From sequence record MZ443769.1: a stretch of DNA of 64,000 nucleotides, one strand, 5' to 3'. The position numbers were made by a program, and so were the translations under genes. Shown piece by piece: positions 18,401 through 26,699 of the stretch. The notes under the pieces were generated by a model. That model did not search any database. It was not told the DNA's origin and saw nothing but the letters and a program-made list of their open reading frames with translations. The first letter of the stretch is position 1, and every line of letters begins with the position of its first letter.

Positions 18401-19940
18401 CACCTTCACCGAACTCGACATAGATACTGGTCATGTAGTCCTGACGCAGAATGTCTGACTTCAACACGTCTTCAACAACGGACGTATGTTCGGATGTGGA
18501 GCGAGCTTGAGCAACCACCAGCTTGGACGTTGTGTCGTTGTACGTGACAGAACACTTGATTGGTATGTCGATGCCCTGATCAAGTTCATCATCCATAATC
18601 AGTGCAATCGAAACAGGTACGAGGTCACGCACGGAGCGATTAACAGCGAACTCCTGTGTCTTGCTCAAGTTGAATTGGCCTTGATATAGCACACTGATAT
18701 CAAGTGTGGTATCAGCATCAACAGAAGGAAGAATAAGAGTTGAACCGTCGATAGTTCCGAGTGTTGTACTCAGTCGAACCATTCCGCTATCAGTCAGCTC
18801 GCGTGTCAGACCTGTACCGTATTTACCATACACACGGACTTTCGCGCTTGCGTTTCCGTAGAGTGTAGGGCATTCGATAGACAGAGAATCCGGGTCTGGC
18901 TCAACACCTAACGGGAAGATACGCAGTTCCATGTCTGTCTTCGTTCCGTTATAAGACAATGTGAGTGTCATAACAGAAATCGCAAGAGGTTCATTGAACT
19001 TCACACTCTCACCGTCACGCTCTGCAATCCATACGTTGTCTTCAACGTGAGCTACCACAGTTTCTTCTGTGTTGTCGCTATACTTAACGATTGCACCGAA
19101 CTGTAAGAACTCACCGCCATGAACGTATTCAGGCTGAATGAAGTTGATGGCGCTTGCTAGAGGTGCACCGACCATGAAGCGTCTGACAGGTTCAACTACC
19201 GTGTGTGCTGTCATATACACAGCAGCCGCGATATTCACAGTAGCATAAACACCTTCGAGGATTTCTTCGATTGGTGCCCACTGATAGAACAGGTCAGCGA
19301 TACGTTTCTGGAACATAACAGATCGAGCTGTGTATTGCTCAATGTCATTGTTCACAGGGTCGAAGCCGATATGATTGTTGAACCAGTCTTCGGCTTCTTG
19401 TTGCTCCATTCCCACGAGTTGCAGCGCGTTAACGATCAGAGTTTCAGCATCTTTCGTAATCGTCAGGTCGAGGCCACTATTGATAAGATGTGCATCGACC
19501 TCAAGGCTTGCGTGAGTTGTCTTGTACCAGTTGCCACCATCTTGAATCAAAGTACCAAGAGGCGTAGGCAAGAACGTTTGATAGTCTGCGGTGTACAGGC
19601 GAGTAGTATCGAACTGACCACCAAGCAGCATACCAACAAACTTATTCCACTGCGTTGTACCAGAGACTTGCTGCCAGTCTGGCAAGCAGTCAATGACGCG
19701 CTTCAATGAAGGTAAGCGATAAGAAAGCATATCGCGTGTAACGTTGATGCCGAGCTGGCGAATAGCTTCTTCGGCCAGCACGTCATTCGTATCCCCATTG
19801 ATACGACGGATATCCAAAAGCTCCTGAATAGTTGTCAGGTTCGCTTCGTCGTTATGCTCGTCAATAATCTGGAACAACTCAGCCCACGCGGGATTGTCTT
19901 CAATGAAGTCGATCAGGAAGGCTTGAGCGTTTGATTTCAC
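15414..19940 (-). CDS. Large baseplate wedge protein (gp7/P2 gpI-like N-terminus) with tandem Ig-like domains
   Basis: 1508 aa. GTGA overlap with the baseplate-J-like gene. N-terminus EAIRQLGINV...WQQVSGT fits tail protein I/gp7. Many Ig-like repeats (e.g. SITIECP, WSIG..GVSVDP.NG.L). Confidence 0.7.
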   Translation of the reverse strand: MKSNAQAFLIDFIEDNPAWAELFQIIDEHNDEANLTTIQELLDIRRINGDTNDVLAEEAIRQLGINVTRDMLSYRLPSLKRVIDCLPDWQQVSGTTQWNKFVGMLLGGQFDTTRLYTADYQTFLPTPLGTLIQDGGNWYKTTHASLEVDAHLINSGLDLTITKDAETLIVNALQLVGMEQQEAEDWFNNHIGFDPVNNDIEQYTARSVMFQKRIADLFYQWAPIEEILEGVYATVNIAAAVYMTAHTVVEPVRRFMVGAPLASAINFIQPEYVHGGEFLQFGAIVKYSDNTEETVVAHVEDNVWIAERDGESVKFNEPLAISVMTLTLSYNGTKTDMELRIFPLGVEPDPDSLSIECPTLYGNASAKVRVYGKYGTGLTRELTDSGMVRLSTTLGTIDGSTLILPSVDADTTLDISVLYQGQFNLSKTQEFAVNRSVRDLVPVSIALIMDDELDQGIDIPIKCSVTYNDTTSKLVVAQARSTSEHTSVVEDVLKSDILRQDYMTSIYVEFGEGEPVQAVKQVTMKAPAINLATVDIVIPSTIVERDIIRPKAMALYVLASATDAQIAARDPSIIVAYTEVSGIWFSSQDDANDVHSLPSVEQSTGQFTAPLVDGDAVLYSLHFAYIDVAETKTFSKNFLIDDIIMIPRSVDLRSAPSISSASTLMLPTTCLWNNGLVYAAAAAVTVEYLPSQSAKEEARARTIQLQQDAVQAGEDPLQFDPDNPDYARWVTLNVTVSTNEVYDPVLARKFKEYVLYFQGDLHGSARISMTYDYDGTTITNYRDLQLTPSRSLVDSITIECPTEMFDRKRTFCRLLATYVDGTQEYVTAAQWSGIWADKDTDEYKVLQFSPGRYSGTAIVEIVEGRTPDSYKDFRAMEISRLPMFNSIGDLTQLENSYFDGAILQTGKCNEVTYTQVQARFFRISNKMDLIVTPQPKESVNNIINSRIEGATQISADVLSESYTLVNMYETGGVAKTLDGSYVETPKTQFELEVDSEWAVINNYYVKAGPNGSQMLVPTSDSVAEIDASGTLTPSQNVDGAVEIRARFTCDQYQIEKTLLVYLVQANTYLRSIGIIGPDIVWDVSDRNPEIGYENGRWYVPFQLRVIIDPDDELVTTDAIWSIGDETNVDGVSVDPLNGHLFISQSQLSDGLIGLRAVFTKQNPQSLADETIIASRTVELNTQNTILSGFIENPASNIEPNTDYKFVANYARRSGQKGTSVLPDANSVKFQWNVIKSVSGFSLSQDGSFRFQAAKDPQSVQVECIITEQRTSISLTQEITCPGIGFPQDLTVGGFTNVRDDSSMQMAAMLGRTGTFVKEDVSAKCLWQITNSKGDVVDVQGISINSSTGRLAISLLLNDTDFGVKVLYIEGQQRLTQTHFMKAFSSYPRFGIAPFGLTTISAALAQLPSRLRSNVGGTFVLSTKTDEYGYFVVRQSFGTAVFAAASDSQGNVNKGWLAFDGAQWPVTGDNGKKGPIVSKMVYDNLTENVLIYRTNARAFGSAVITVRYQ

Positions 19941-21403
19941 GACATTTTCCTTTCGCTATACGTGATGTTCACACGCAGATTGCGCAGCGCCACGTATTCG
20001 AGTACAGAGTTAGGGATAACATCTTGCACAGGGCTTGGGATGTTGCAGTAGTCCACTTCTTTACGGCGAACAGGTCTGTCTACGTCCGTGTAATCATACA
20101 GCACACGGTCCATGATATCAGACACAGCGAGACGTTTGCCGAGAAGTCCAGGACGACGTTCAAACAGTTTGAGGATAGCTTCTTCAAGAACCGTTTGGTT
20201 AGAATCGCGTGTGCCTGGCGCATCAGCATACAAAGCGACTTCTACAACACAGTCAATCTGCAACTTGTCCGGGTTCCACGATTGAACATCAAGAGGACTG
20301 TGATACTGAACAAGCCAGTTGAGGAACTTAGTCCACTGTGCAGAAGTAGGGTTAGGATTCACTCCGCCCCACGTACTTGTATTCTTCGGCAGAACGCACA
20401 CACGCACGATGCCCATCCACTCTTTATCGTTCGGTGCGATCTCAGCTTGACCCTGAACAACAACGTCGGCAACATCAGGATAGAGCGCACATGCTGCTTT
20501 CCACTCGTCACGACGAATCAGTTTCTTTCTGCTACGACCAACGATAGGTGCATAGTTGCGATAGTATTCGACAGGCGTTTCATCAGCACCACCGAGAATC
20601 GCAGTAACAGTCTTACCTTGAAGCTGAGGGTTAGACAGGCACTGAACACGAAGACCAAGTGAATCAGAGTTACCGCTTGCGCCTAATGCTCTGACTGCCT
20701 GCACACGCATCGTATAACCATTCGGAGGTTGTACACCCCACTGCTCACCACCGAACAGTAGTTGAACATCACCGCTATCAGTAGTCATATCGAGGAAGAT
20801 TTGTTGTCCAGCATAGGCTTCAAACAAACACTTATCGAAACGCTGATACTCAATCGTGCTGCCTGTAGGATGTTCGAACCACACACGGATATCAGAAGTA
20901 AGCTGGAAGTCTTCTGAACCAAGAGTGATTGACATGTAATCAGTAGGGTTAGTCACGATTTGGCTGAACGTGAAGATATCACCGACAATGAAGTCTACGT
21001 TCTTCACTTCACCTGCTGCCCATTGAGTAACCTCAGACAGCAACACATTCATATCACCTACAGTGAATGGAGTGTACTTGTCGAACGAAACTTTCTGCGA
21101 ACTTAGGTTAGCAACGGAAGCAGTAACGGTCGAAACAGATTTGCGTCCGATATCAACACCGAGATAACGAGCATTCTGTAGGATTGAAGTGTCACGACGA
21201 GCCAGACGACTGAATGCTTCACGCGCGGCAATCAATGCGGCGTAGCTGTTAGTAACACCGATATCACCGAGAGCATCTGAGATCAAGGAAGTCATCGAGC
21301 TGACTTGTGCATCAGTCCAATAAGAGGATGCGTTGATACGCGCAAGGAAGTCTTTCGCAAACTCCTCGTGCGTTAAATATGTACTGAGAATGCTGGTGCT
21401 CAT
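19937..21403 (-). CDS. Baseplate wedge protein, gp6/baseplate J-like
   Basis: Start moved to the ATG at 21403 (TAATG overlap with gp25 stop). AREAFSRLARRDTSILQNARYLG, GDVQLLFG, ILGGADETPVEYYR and LIRRDEW are typical of gp6/J. Confidence 0.85.
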   Translation of the reverse strand: MSTSILSTYLTHEEFAKDFLARINASSYWTDAQVSSMTSLISDALGDIGVTNSYAALIAAREAFSRLARRDTSILQNARYLGVDIGRKSVSTVTASVANLSSQKVSFDKYTPFTVGDMNVLLSEVTQWAAGEVKNVDFIVGDIFTFSQIVTNPTDYMSITLGSEDFQLTSDIRVWFEHPTGSTIEYQRFDKCLFEAYAGQQIFLDMTTDSGDVQLLFGGEQWGVQPPNGYTMRVQAVRALGASGNSDSLGLRVQCLSNPQLQGKTVTAILGGADETPVEYYRNYAPIVGRSRKKLIRRDEWKAACALYPDVADVVVQGQAEIAPNDKEWMGIVRVCVLPKNTSTWGGVNPNPTSAQWTKFLNWLVQYHSPLDVQSWNPDKLQIDCVVEVALYADAPGTRDSNQTVLEEAILKLFERRPGLLGKRLAVSDIMDRVLYDYTDVDRPVRRKEVDYCNIPSPVQDVIPNSVLEYVALRNLRVNITYSERKMS

Positions 21404-21822
21404 TACTGCGCCCTCATAGCAAATGTTACGGACTGCGTTGCTTCCAATTTCGGACAGCGCCATGAAATGATACAGGTGTACGTTTGTTCGTATAGTGAGC
21501 TGGCTGTACACGCTGTCTTCACATCAACAACGTCGGCTGTTATGCCATTCGCAGGGTCTTCAAGTGCGATGCGCATGTAGGTTGCAATCCAATCGGCAGT
21601 TGTCTGATCGAATGGTTCGAATAGATACTGATACACATCACAACCGAATGACTCACGCCACTTACGGGACTTCTTGCGTGTACCAACGATCATTAGAATC
21701 TTCTGGACAATGCTGTCCATGTTCTGCACGTTATCACGAGGCTCAAGTTGAATCCACGCATTCAGATCACAATAGACGCGCTCGCTAACAGGAACATTTA
21801 TCAGTTTGACGTAAATTCCCAT
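21403..21822 (-). CDS. gp25-like baseplate wedge/sheath initiator
   Basis: Start moved to the ATG at 21822 (ATGA overlap with PAAR). ILMIVGTRKKSRKWRESFGCDVYQYLFEP matches the GPW_gp25 pattern. Confidence 0.85.
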   Translation of the reverse strand: MGIYVKLINVPVSERVYCDLNAWIQLEPRDNVQNMDSIVQKILMIVGTRKKSRKWRESFGCDVYQYLFEPFDQTTADWIATYMRIALEDPANGITADVVDVKTACTASSLYEQTYTCIISWRCPKLEATQSVTFAMRAQ

Positions 21823-22112
21823 CAGCCGAATCTCACGTTTGAGCTTCCACCAGAAGCGGTATCGCCACACGAATTGCCGTCACCAGCACGTTGAGCAGGC
21901 TTACCGTTAACTCTGACAGAAGATGATGAAGTCGCTGTGCCTGTATGTGGAGGGCTATCTTTCTTCCAGTGGGGTTGATATGAATCTCCAACACGCACTG
22001 AGCCTTTGCCATTAACAAACACATTACCAGAAGCAGAAACAGGCACTACAGGGAAATAGCCATTATGGCCTGTAGAACGGTCTGTGCCTAAGCGAATCGC
22101 TTTTTGTCCCAT
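21822..22112 (-). CDS. PAAR-repeat spike tip protein (gp5.4-like)
   Basis: STGH, VFVNGK..VRVGD...H, VRVNGKPAQRAGD..SCG, GSSNV. AAGGAG RBS. Confidence 0.93.
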   Translation of the reverse strand: MGQKAIRLGTDRSTGHNGYFPVVPVSASGNVFVNGKGSVRVGDSYQPHWKKDSPPHTGTATSSSSVRVNGKPAQRAGDGNSCGDTASGGSSNVRFG

Positions 22113-22134
22113 GATAATCTCCTTTGTTAAGCAT

Positions 22135-22141
22135 AAATTAG
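22135..22141 (-). promoter_or_regulatory. CTAATTT motif (putative late promoter)
   Basis: GCTAATTTAT between a terminator and the PAAR RBS. Confidence 0.5.
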
Positions 22142-22156
22142 CTTGTTACGTGCGAG

Positions 22157-22187
22157 AAACAAAAACGGGCAGCCTAATGGCCACCCG
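22157..22187 (-). terminator. Intrinsic terminator
   Basis: CGGGUGGCC-AUUA-GGCUGCCCG-UUUUUGUUU on the minus strand, with G-U pairs that work on that strand. A T-tract also follows on the plus strand. Confidence 0.75.
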
Positions 22188-22219
22188 ATTTTTGCGCTTG
22201 GAATTTTGTCGTTGTCCCC

Positions 22220-22444
22220 TCACACCCGAAGCGAGTGCATTGTAGCGTGAGCTACGCAGCCGGGACGAATTTCAGAACTAGCCTCTTGACAGACTGGTTC
22301 CGTTCTCGATAGCAATCGACCAAGCAATGCGATTACTATCAACGACATAAAGAACAGGAAGAACATGAGTGCCCCTATGCCGTTACTACATTTCTTTGCA
22401 AAGAACTTTTTTGACTCAGAATTTTTGGTACGCTCGCGACCCAA
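22220..22444 (-). CDS. Possible small membrane peptide
   Basis: TTG start, or an internal ATG giving MFFLFFMSLIVIALLGRLL. One hydrophobic segment, weak RBS. Confidence 0.35.
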   Translation of the reverse strand: MGRERTKNSESKKFFAKKCSNGIGALMFFLFFMSLIVIALLGRLLSRTEPVCQEASSEIRPGCVAHATMHSLRV

Positions 22445-22519
22445 CTGTCACAAGTCTCGTACTTTCGATTCTGTTAACCGCCCGTGCCAGGAATTGCTCT
22501 TTGTCTAATCAAATAAGTT

Positions 22520-23350
22520 AAGGGGGAACCTATCCGACTCGAAGAAGAGTTGAGAGCACATCGGCATCTGCGGTGGTTGATACACTCTTTAACGATCATC
22601 TTAATACTACCTCTGTGCAAGAACCTGATCGACCGCTAACGATTCAAGCACAGATGCCACGAACAAGAAGGACGATATGCAGTTGGCACTGAACACACCC
22701 CGCTATGCACTCGGACATTAGTACATAGAAGGCTGAACACAGCTTATGGCAAAGCATTGAGTCCCCGTATCCCATCTGAAACAGGTCTAACTCAAACTCG
22801 ACTACATCCTAAACAAGGGCTAAGGGTTCCTTGCTCATATGTGCCTGCGGATGTTACTCACTATTTAACGATTCATTGTCACCTTGAGAAAACCTTTGCA
22901 GACTTGAATCGTCCGCTTTAGAATCTGCATCAGTTCCTCTCGCTGTAGTGGAAGCGTTCTCTCGGTGGGAATATATGACGAAGCGCACCCTGTTCAGGCT
23001 ACTTCCCAATGCGCACTAAGGTGAAAGTCAGAGTACGCATCAGGCAGCAGTCGCCGCAGTACAGCTATACCTAAAAGACTGGCCACAACACGGAGTTTCG
23101 CGCTCCACCAGTCTACGTGCCTAGAGGCCGGGTCCGTGCTCAGATAGTCCGTTGGGCTTGGTTTGCGTCAACAGCAGAGAACCGGTCTATCACGTGGGTG
23201 CAGGAGTTATTCCTCACTATTACAATGCCGGAGCATATCCTGCTGGAGGCCGATACAAATCAACGAGACTAAGTATCGGTAGTATGTCGCTATGACGTGT
23301 AACGAAAAACATGCAAACGTTACGCGCATACAGATATTACTATCTGCAAT
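22520..23350. ncRNA. Candidate large structured non-coding RNA (family not recognised)
   Basis: No ORF of 60 aa or more on either strand between 22445 and 23291 in an otherwise gap-free genome. More than ten nested inverted repeats found by eye, e.g. GGCATCTG/CAGATGCC 22563/22651, ACATCC/GGATGT 22804/22849, ACGATTCA/TGAATCGT 22868/22905, TGGGAA/TTCCCA 22966/23003, AGACTGG/CCAGTCT 23076/23108, CCGATAC/GTATCGG 23250/23273. Confidence 0.5.
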
Positions 23351-23381
23351 TCTTATTTACAGATTTTCTGCAAAATGGCCG

Positions 23382-25142
23382 TTAGAAATTCTTTCTTTCT
23401 ACGTTCGTGTACAGAGTATCGTACGGATCAGAGTACAGCTCGGAACTACGCTGCGCTCGGACAGTCACATAACCTGTGTGACGGTTGAACGCAATGATTT
23501 CAATCGTAGGCTGCTTCGGCTTAATCGTCGCATAGATAGGCGCGTTAAGCATAGGCTCGTCTGCAAGCAGTTTATCAACAGCAGGCAGTTGGGCAGCAGA
23601 CAGCTTAGGCAGATTGAAACGAATCTCTGCGCGAGTACGACCGAACGCCAGACGAATAGAACCTTTAGTCAGTTCACCACCGTTGTTGCGCAGATAGTTC
23701 ATGATACGACGCGCAACACCTTCCACTTGACCCCGAGCAGCAGGGTCCATAAGACCGTCGAAGCTGATAGCGCCATTAGGCTGGTTGATTGACAGATGCA
23801 GACCAGTGTTGAAGTAACCTTCAGCTAACAGGCGATACACTTCACGCGCAATCTCTGCGTTGTTCGTTGAGATGATTGGCGTTCTGATCTCAGGTGGATT
23901 CTCTTTCTGCGGCTCTGTGTACTCAACAGCACCAGAAGAATAGCCCATGCTAATCTTTTTCGCTTTAGCATATTTCGCTTGCAGCAGGCCACTTGCGCGA
24001 ATGATCACTGAACCATTCTTAGACAGGTCATACAACTCGTCTGTACTGAATGTACTGAACAAGAAGTAGTCCTGAGGAATAGCCATACGTGATACTGCTT
24101 CGAGTGCTTTCTTCTGCGCGTCTTTAATCGTTTCACCAAACACGATACGACTGCGATTCGGCTGAGCAGGACTGACAGGGAAGAACGCGCCGTACACAAC
24201 ACGACTATCTTTCTTAATCGGTTGTTCGGATTTAACCTTCTTGCCACCAGCAAGAGGAGGTAGCTTAACACCAACGAGCTTGCCTTTGGTGATAGCTTTG
24301 TTCGCAACAACAGGCTTCAATGCGTTGAGCAGTTTCGACAGGTCAGCAGCATCAAGCACCTTCTCCAGAGGAACAGCTAAGTTCTGCGGGAGATAGTGTT
24401 TCTTGCGGAACATGTAGATGACCGTGTCTTTCTTCAACTGAATCGGTGTTGCCATGTTACGGCCAACGACACCAACAGGTGAGAACGTATTTACTTTATC
24501 AGCAGCAACAGAACCGAACTCTTTATCGAACACGGACTGGCCAATGATGTTAGCAACACGCAGATGACCACGAAGCGTAAACACAATCTTCGGTTCATCT
24601 TTCAGACGCAGTTCATAACGATCGCGGTTGAGATACACAAGGCTGTATTTATCACCCTTCTCAAGTTCGAGATCGTATTCATCGGACGCATCATCGAAGT
24701 GTACTTTCTTACCTTGATAGGTAGCATACACACGAGGACCAGCAGACTCAGAAGCAATCTGCATTGCTTTACCGCTATTCGAAAGCGCTACAGCAAAGTC
24801 CGTTACAGCGTTTTGCATCTCCAGTGTAGAAGATACATGACGCTCAGGCTGAGGTGACCCGATTTCCAAATGCACAGCGCTTGAGCTGGACATGAACACG
24901 CTTTTGCCTGTTGGATTAACGCCAGCGAAGTGCATATCGCTGATACGTTCAATCTCATTAGCATTAACGTGTGGCATCGAGATAGATACGCCAGCAGCAA
25001 AGTCAAAGATTTCACCTTGACGCCAAGCATATCCGATGTTGTTTGAACTAAGTCCGATAAACGCATCGCCCACTAAGCGAACGGATGTCGGCACGATACC
25101 CAAGTCACGAATGACGGGGTTCAGCTTTGGTGAGATAATCAT
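23382..25142 (-). CDS. Hypothetical head-associated protein carrying the phage paralogue domain
   Basis: 586 aa. ATYQGKK...LEKGDKYSL...YELRLKDEPKIVFTL module and an IASES motif. Confidence 0.75.
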   Translation of the reverse strand: MIISPKLNPVIRDLGIVPTSVRLVGDAFIGLSSNNIGYAWRQGEIFDFAAGVSISMPHVNANEIERISDMHFAGVNPTGKSVFMSSSSAVHLEIGSPQPERHVSSTLEMQNAVTDFAVALSNSGKAMQIASESAGPRVYATYQGKKVHFDDASDEYDLELEKGDKYSLVYLNRDRYELRLKDEPKIVFTLRGHLRVANIIGQSVFDKEFGSVAADKVNTFSPVGVVGRNMATPIQLKKDTVIYMFRKKHYLPQNLAVPLEKVLDAADLSKLLNALKPVVANKAITKGKLVGVKLPPLAGGKKVKSEQPIKKDSRVVYGAFFPVSPAQPNRSRIVFGETIKDAQKKALEAVSRMAIPQDYFLFSTFSTDELYDLSKNGSVIIRASGLLQAKYAKAKKISMGYSSGAVEYTEPQKENPPEIRTPIISTNNAEIAREVYRLLAEGYFNTGLHLSINQPNGAISFDGLMDPAARGQVEGVARRIMNYLRNNGGELTKGSIRLAFGRTRAEIRFNLPKLSAAQLPAVDKLLADEPMLNAPIYATIKPKQPTIEIIAFNRHTGYVTVRAQRSSELYSDPYDTLYTNVERKNF

Positions 25143-25150
25143 ATTAATCC

Positions 25151-25585
25151 CTAATACGAAACAAGGCGGAAAGCATTCTGTTTCAGCAGGTTGAGATTAC
25201 CCAACATCAAGCTGTATGACAGAGTGCCATGCTGATTGATCAGACTATCAGGTACGATAGACCCGAAGTAAATTGCTCGGGGAACGAGATCATTAATCTC
25301 AACACCGACTGACTTCATCGCATTAGGAACAATGAAGCACCACGGTTCAGCGATATACTTACCTTTCTGAAACTGAACTCTATACCCAACCGCGATTGGC
25401 TGGTGGGTAGGCGGGCTGTATGAGAAGACGTCCACGTTCTGCTTCATTGCGCGGCGCACAGAGAACATGGCCATAGTGCGAAAGCGTTGTTCGAACTGCG
25501 GAATAAAAGCGTTGTCCTCACAAATCTTCTTCAATACAGCCTCTTGCCGTTCTCTCGTCAGAGATGGGAACAGCGACAGGTTCAT
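25151..25585 (-). CDS. Hypothetical protein, 144 aa
   Basis: ATGA overlap with the tmk stop. No family recognised. Confidence 0.7.
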   Translation of the reverse strand: MNLSLFPSLTRERQEAVLKKICEDNAFIPQFEQRFRTMAMFSVRRAMKQNVDVFSYSPPTHQPIAVGYRVQFQKGKYIAEPWCFIVPNAMKSVGVEINDLVPRAIYFGSIVPDSLINQHGTLSYSLMLGNLNLLKQNAFRLVSY

Positions 25586-26196
25586 GAAAGTCTGGCGAGT
25601 ATCTGTCGAACCACGTCTGACACAGAGTTAGTTTCGGTATCAATAACCAAATCGAAGCCGCCAGGTACTTCAAGATAGCGCTGATTGTATTGCTCATACA
25701 CTTCTTTGGTCTGACGCTTTTCGATACGGTCTTCACCACCGATACGAATCTTGCGGCGCTCGATAGACGTTTCATAGCTACACGTCAACAGCACAGTCAG
25801 GCGGCGTTCAGGTGCGAGCGCTTCCCACGTATGCTGATAGATGTGTGCGTTAACATCTGACTCACCCGCTTGATACACGTAGGTGGAGGGGTAACCGCGA
25901 TCAGCAATGATGATCGTATCAGGCTCATTATCCAGAATGCGCTCATAAGCATTCATCGTCGAGGAACGTGCTGCAAGGAAGAGCAACAGTTCTGTGCGTG
26001 AGTCCATATCTTCATTAAGAGGGTTGGAGTTGGACAGCAGAACGTCACGGATGTGTTCAGCCAGAGGTGTACCGCCAGGCTCACGCAAGCGCAGAGTTTT
26101 TGCGCCACGTTGTGTCAGTATCTCAGACAGTGCATTACACACTGTAGATTTGCCTCCACCTTCGCCGCCTTCGATTAAGATATAAGTTGAGTTCAT
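25582..26196 (-). CDS. tmk: Thymidylate kinase (dTMP kinase)
   Basis: P-loop IEGGEGGGKST, LREPGGT, ELLLFLAAR, DRGYPSTYVYQ. Start moved to the ATG at 26196 with AAGGA RBS. Confidence 0.93.
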   Translation of the reverse strand: MNSTYILIEGGEGGGKSTVCNALSEILTQRGAKTLRLREPGGTPLAEHIRDVLLSNSNPLNEDMDSRTELLLFLAARSSTMNAYERILDNEPDTIIIADRGYPSTYVYQAGESDVNAHIYQHTWEALAPERRLTVLLTCSYETSIERRKIRIGGEDRIEKRQTKEVYEQYNQRYLEVPGGFDLVIDTETNSVSDVVRQILARLS

Positions 26197-26207
26197 AGAG
26201 TTATTCC

Positions 26208-26699
26208 TTAGGCAAATCGCCCGCCACGCCATGCGGCTTTAATGAGCAATTTAGCCACGATTTCGTTCTTCATTGTCTTCCGCTTTGCGTTGCTTCTGAC
26301 AAATGCAGAGCCGAACTTATCCACGACGATTAATCCACAACCAAGTTCTTTGATGCGGATAATGATTCTATCACCGTGTGATTCAAACAGTCGTTCATCA
26401 ATGATGAAGTACATGCGCATACAGTAAGGCAAATACTTGTGCCACTTCTTATCGGTATTGAAGTCTGCCCAGCAACTCTTCACCTCAGTGATTATCATAT
26501 CACACTTGGTGTTCAGGCAAAACACGTCTGCCCGTAAGTTACCGTGCTTAATCAGACCGAGTTCGATGTGGCATGAATAGCGTTTGTCAATCCAGTAGCG
26601 CTGTGCTGCTTCGGTAAGAAAGGCCGTCTTATCAGGACGGCTCATTGATTTGAATACGGCAGTTTGAATAGGTTCAGCTTTGCGCCGCTTATAAGCCAT
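26208..26699 (-). CDS. MmcB-like PD-(D/E)XK nuclease-fold protein
   Basis: LRADVFCL...ITEVKSCWADFNTDKKWHKYLPYC matches the MmcB/DUF2161 motif. Start placed at the ATG at 26699. Confidence 0.8.
   Translation of the reverse strand: MAYKRRKAEPIQTAVFKSMSRPDKTAFLTEAAQRYWIDKRYSCHIELGLIKHGNLRADVFCLNTKCDMIITEVKSCWADFNTDKKWHKYLPYCMRMYFIIDERLFESHGDRIIIRIKELGCGLIVVDKFGSAFVRSNAKRKTMKNEIVAKLLIKAAWRGGRFA

Noticed and set aside
19937-21870. Longer ORF-track starts for baseplate J (21511) and gp25 (21870), likewise tmk, MmcB-like, ligase and 37639-38418
   Set aside because: The upstream extensions overlap neighbouring genes or terminators. Internal ATGs have an RBS or stop-start coupling.
23092-23110. GGAG-TTTCGCG-CTCC-ACCA ending resembles a tmRNA or tRNA-Ala 3' end (CTCCACCA)
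   Set aside because: No T-arm (GTTC.A) precedes it, no matching GGGGC 5' acceptor strand, and the CCA is part of the AGACTGG/CCAGTCT helix.
22798-23150. Conventional group I intron using CGACTAC (22799-22805) and ATAGTCC
   Set aside because: The closing pair of P7 would be a mismatch, the spacing is about 340 nt, and no interrupted gene flanks the interval.
23019-23190. GGTGAAAGTC and CAGAGAACCGG loosely recall RNase P RNA conserved regions
   Set aside because: The two segments cannot form the P4 helix and are too close together for an RNase P core.
23341-23381. Sigma70 promoter at either end of the structured interval (TTGCAG or TTGTCT boxes)
   Set aside because: No -10 hexamer at 16-18 nt spacing on either strand, so the transcription start and strand remain unassigned.
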